Assembly (NCBI GenBank): GCA_012026655.1
Contig: JAAILG010000954.1
Coordinates: forward strand, 1-64,000
Direction: 5' to 3'
From: Hydrolagus affinis
Taxonomy: Eukaryota
Length of the DNA stretch: 64,000 nucleotides
Every line of letters begins with the position of its first letter. Position 1 is the first letter of the stretch. This document shows, in pieces, positions 48,197 through 64,000 of this stretch. A program made the translations under genes and the position numbers. The notes under the pieces are model-generated. The model was given only the letters and a program-made list of their open reading frames with translations. It ran no database searches and was not told where the DNA came from.

Positions 48197-48549
48197 ATGC
48201 TGTGTGATGAGTGAACTTGAATTTTTTTGTGCGCGATGGTGAGTTACAATGTGGCCTGTTTTCAATATACATAACAGGTGTACGTTAGTAGAAAAACATG
48301 GAATGCGACATTGTGCTTGACTACAGACATCACAACAAACGTAAACGGTACATTTTGATTTTTTGGGGGGAACATTTTGAGAAAAATACCTATTTCTATA
48401 ATAAAATATGTTTTGAAGTTGTCTGAAGAAAAAAACATTTCTTCTGTAAACTGCACTTGCCATCCCAAGCAGACATTTCGCATTTTCTTTAGTTTAAAGC
48501 CAATAGAGGTGAGCAGACACTGGCTGCATCTGAAAGATGCAGGTTTTTT

Positions 48550-62514
<13,965 letters not shown>

Positions 62515-64000
62515 CTGGGACAGGGAGACAAAGACTTCATTCAATTAGTCTAACTGTTGTTAACTGCACTGGACCGGACACATGAATTAACTTCTTCCAT
62601 TGAGTTAAAAGCCTCCTGGGGATATACATTTATTGGCATATTTGGGTGTGGGGGCTGAAAAGACCCCCCCACACACAAAAATGAGTGGAAAAAAAGAGGA
62701 AAACTGCAGTGGAAAATGTCCCGCAATCACTCTGCAAAGCTGAACATTTAAAAACCATGTTATTCAGTTCTCGGCAATTGATCCCTTTTTCTTTCCCCTT
62801 CACCCCCCAAATTAATTCAGAAAGCAGATGGCCACTGGTCACGTCATTGGCGGTTCAACGACTAACCAGCTGGTAGGAGATGTGTCAGGTTGACTCCACG
62901 TTCAATTCACCTTTGGCTGGAAAATATTCTGGTTCAACATCTTTCCCAACAACATGGCTGAGATCCAAAGGAACCGTGTGAGGAAACACAGCCCCAAAGG
63001 GTGTTCCTCTACCACATATGCTCTACCACTGGGCTGTAAGCCCAACTCTATTATTAAAACACAGCACATCCTCAATTTCGTAGCAGACCTAGAGAAGGGC
63101 ATTAGAACAGGACGTGGACTCGAGCCAATCGGTTCTTCACAGGTTTTGTCCTGCATCTTGCTCACGTCATTCAGGGAAGATTAAGCAGAGGCTAGGTACT
63201 TGGTCACTGGGAAGGAAACAACAGGGAGGTGGGAAAACTAAGTAACCAAAGCAGCGGCAGCAGGGCTGGTTGAGGATCAGGGGTAAAACGTAATGCAGAC
63301 ATGTTCACTATTTAGAACTTAAGACACACTTGTATTAAAAATGACCATCTCTGAGCCTTTCCTCAGTGTGATTCAAGAGCATGACTGGGAGACTACAACC
63401 AGCATAGAATTTACCATAGTTTTGATGCAGTGAAGGAACATGGCACATTTAGTGCAATCAAAAACCGCTGATGATCTCCATTCAGCGTGACACAGCAGCA
63501 GTGGAAGAATTTTACTCGCAGGCAGATTCAGGGAGGAATCCACCAGAGACAACTAAAATCTAAAGCTGTCACACTCTCTCTCTCTCTCTCTCTGACAGTT
63601 TGTAAGGGTCTGATTGAGATACGACTGGGCAACTCTCAACGGACCCCGATCACTGCCCTAATGAAGCACAAGTTGGCAATCTTTTTGCTTTCTCCTGGAG
63701 ATTATTTGATGAAAGAACTGAGGTAAAAAGACTATTGCCATGTGTCTATGAATTGGTTCTTTCATAGACTGTATGCATTGGGGGCTTGAGATCAGCCAGC
63801 AAACTCCAGAATACTGTATATTGCAAAATCAGAGAAGTACCCCAGTAATTTGAATGGAAGGCACAATTGGCAGAAACATGGCAATAGTGTACTTCATTAT
63901 ATTCGGTTTTAACTCTTCTGTCTACTCAGAGCCCCAACATTCTCCACGGGAGATTATTATGGCTAACTCACATCCCATCTACAGCTTGCACTGAAAGGTT

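Overview
Vertebrate genomic DNA. The repeat content (tRNA-head/L2-tail SINEs, CR1, L2, Penelope, Deu-SINE) suggests a cartilaginous fish, probably a chimaera such as the elephant shark; this is inference. Gene order: GCH1 exon 1 (-), complete WDHD1 (-, 25 coding exons, ~1128 aa), a CpG-rich bidirectional promoter, SOCS4 (+, single coding exon), and the 3' half of ACTN1 (-) with its mutually exclusive NM/SM EF-hand exons. The main non-obvious result is an intact 7-exon, ~310-aa divergent OSTalpha/SLC51A-like transporter gene (-, 35429-41730) between SOCS4 and ACTN1. The ORF track shows it only as fragments, and candidate FXR IR-1 elements lie near it. Other observations: the ACTN1 NM/SM splicing architecture, an inverted MITE pair around WDHD1 exons 6-14, Penelope hairpins with degenerate minimal hammerhead motifs, a GUGAGU minisatellite in WDHD1 intron 1, and short local duplications. 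All exon boundaries were read by eye from GT-AG signals and frame continuity. Comparisons with human and rat genes are from memory, not from a database search.
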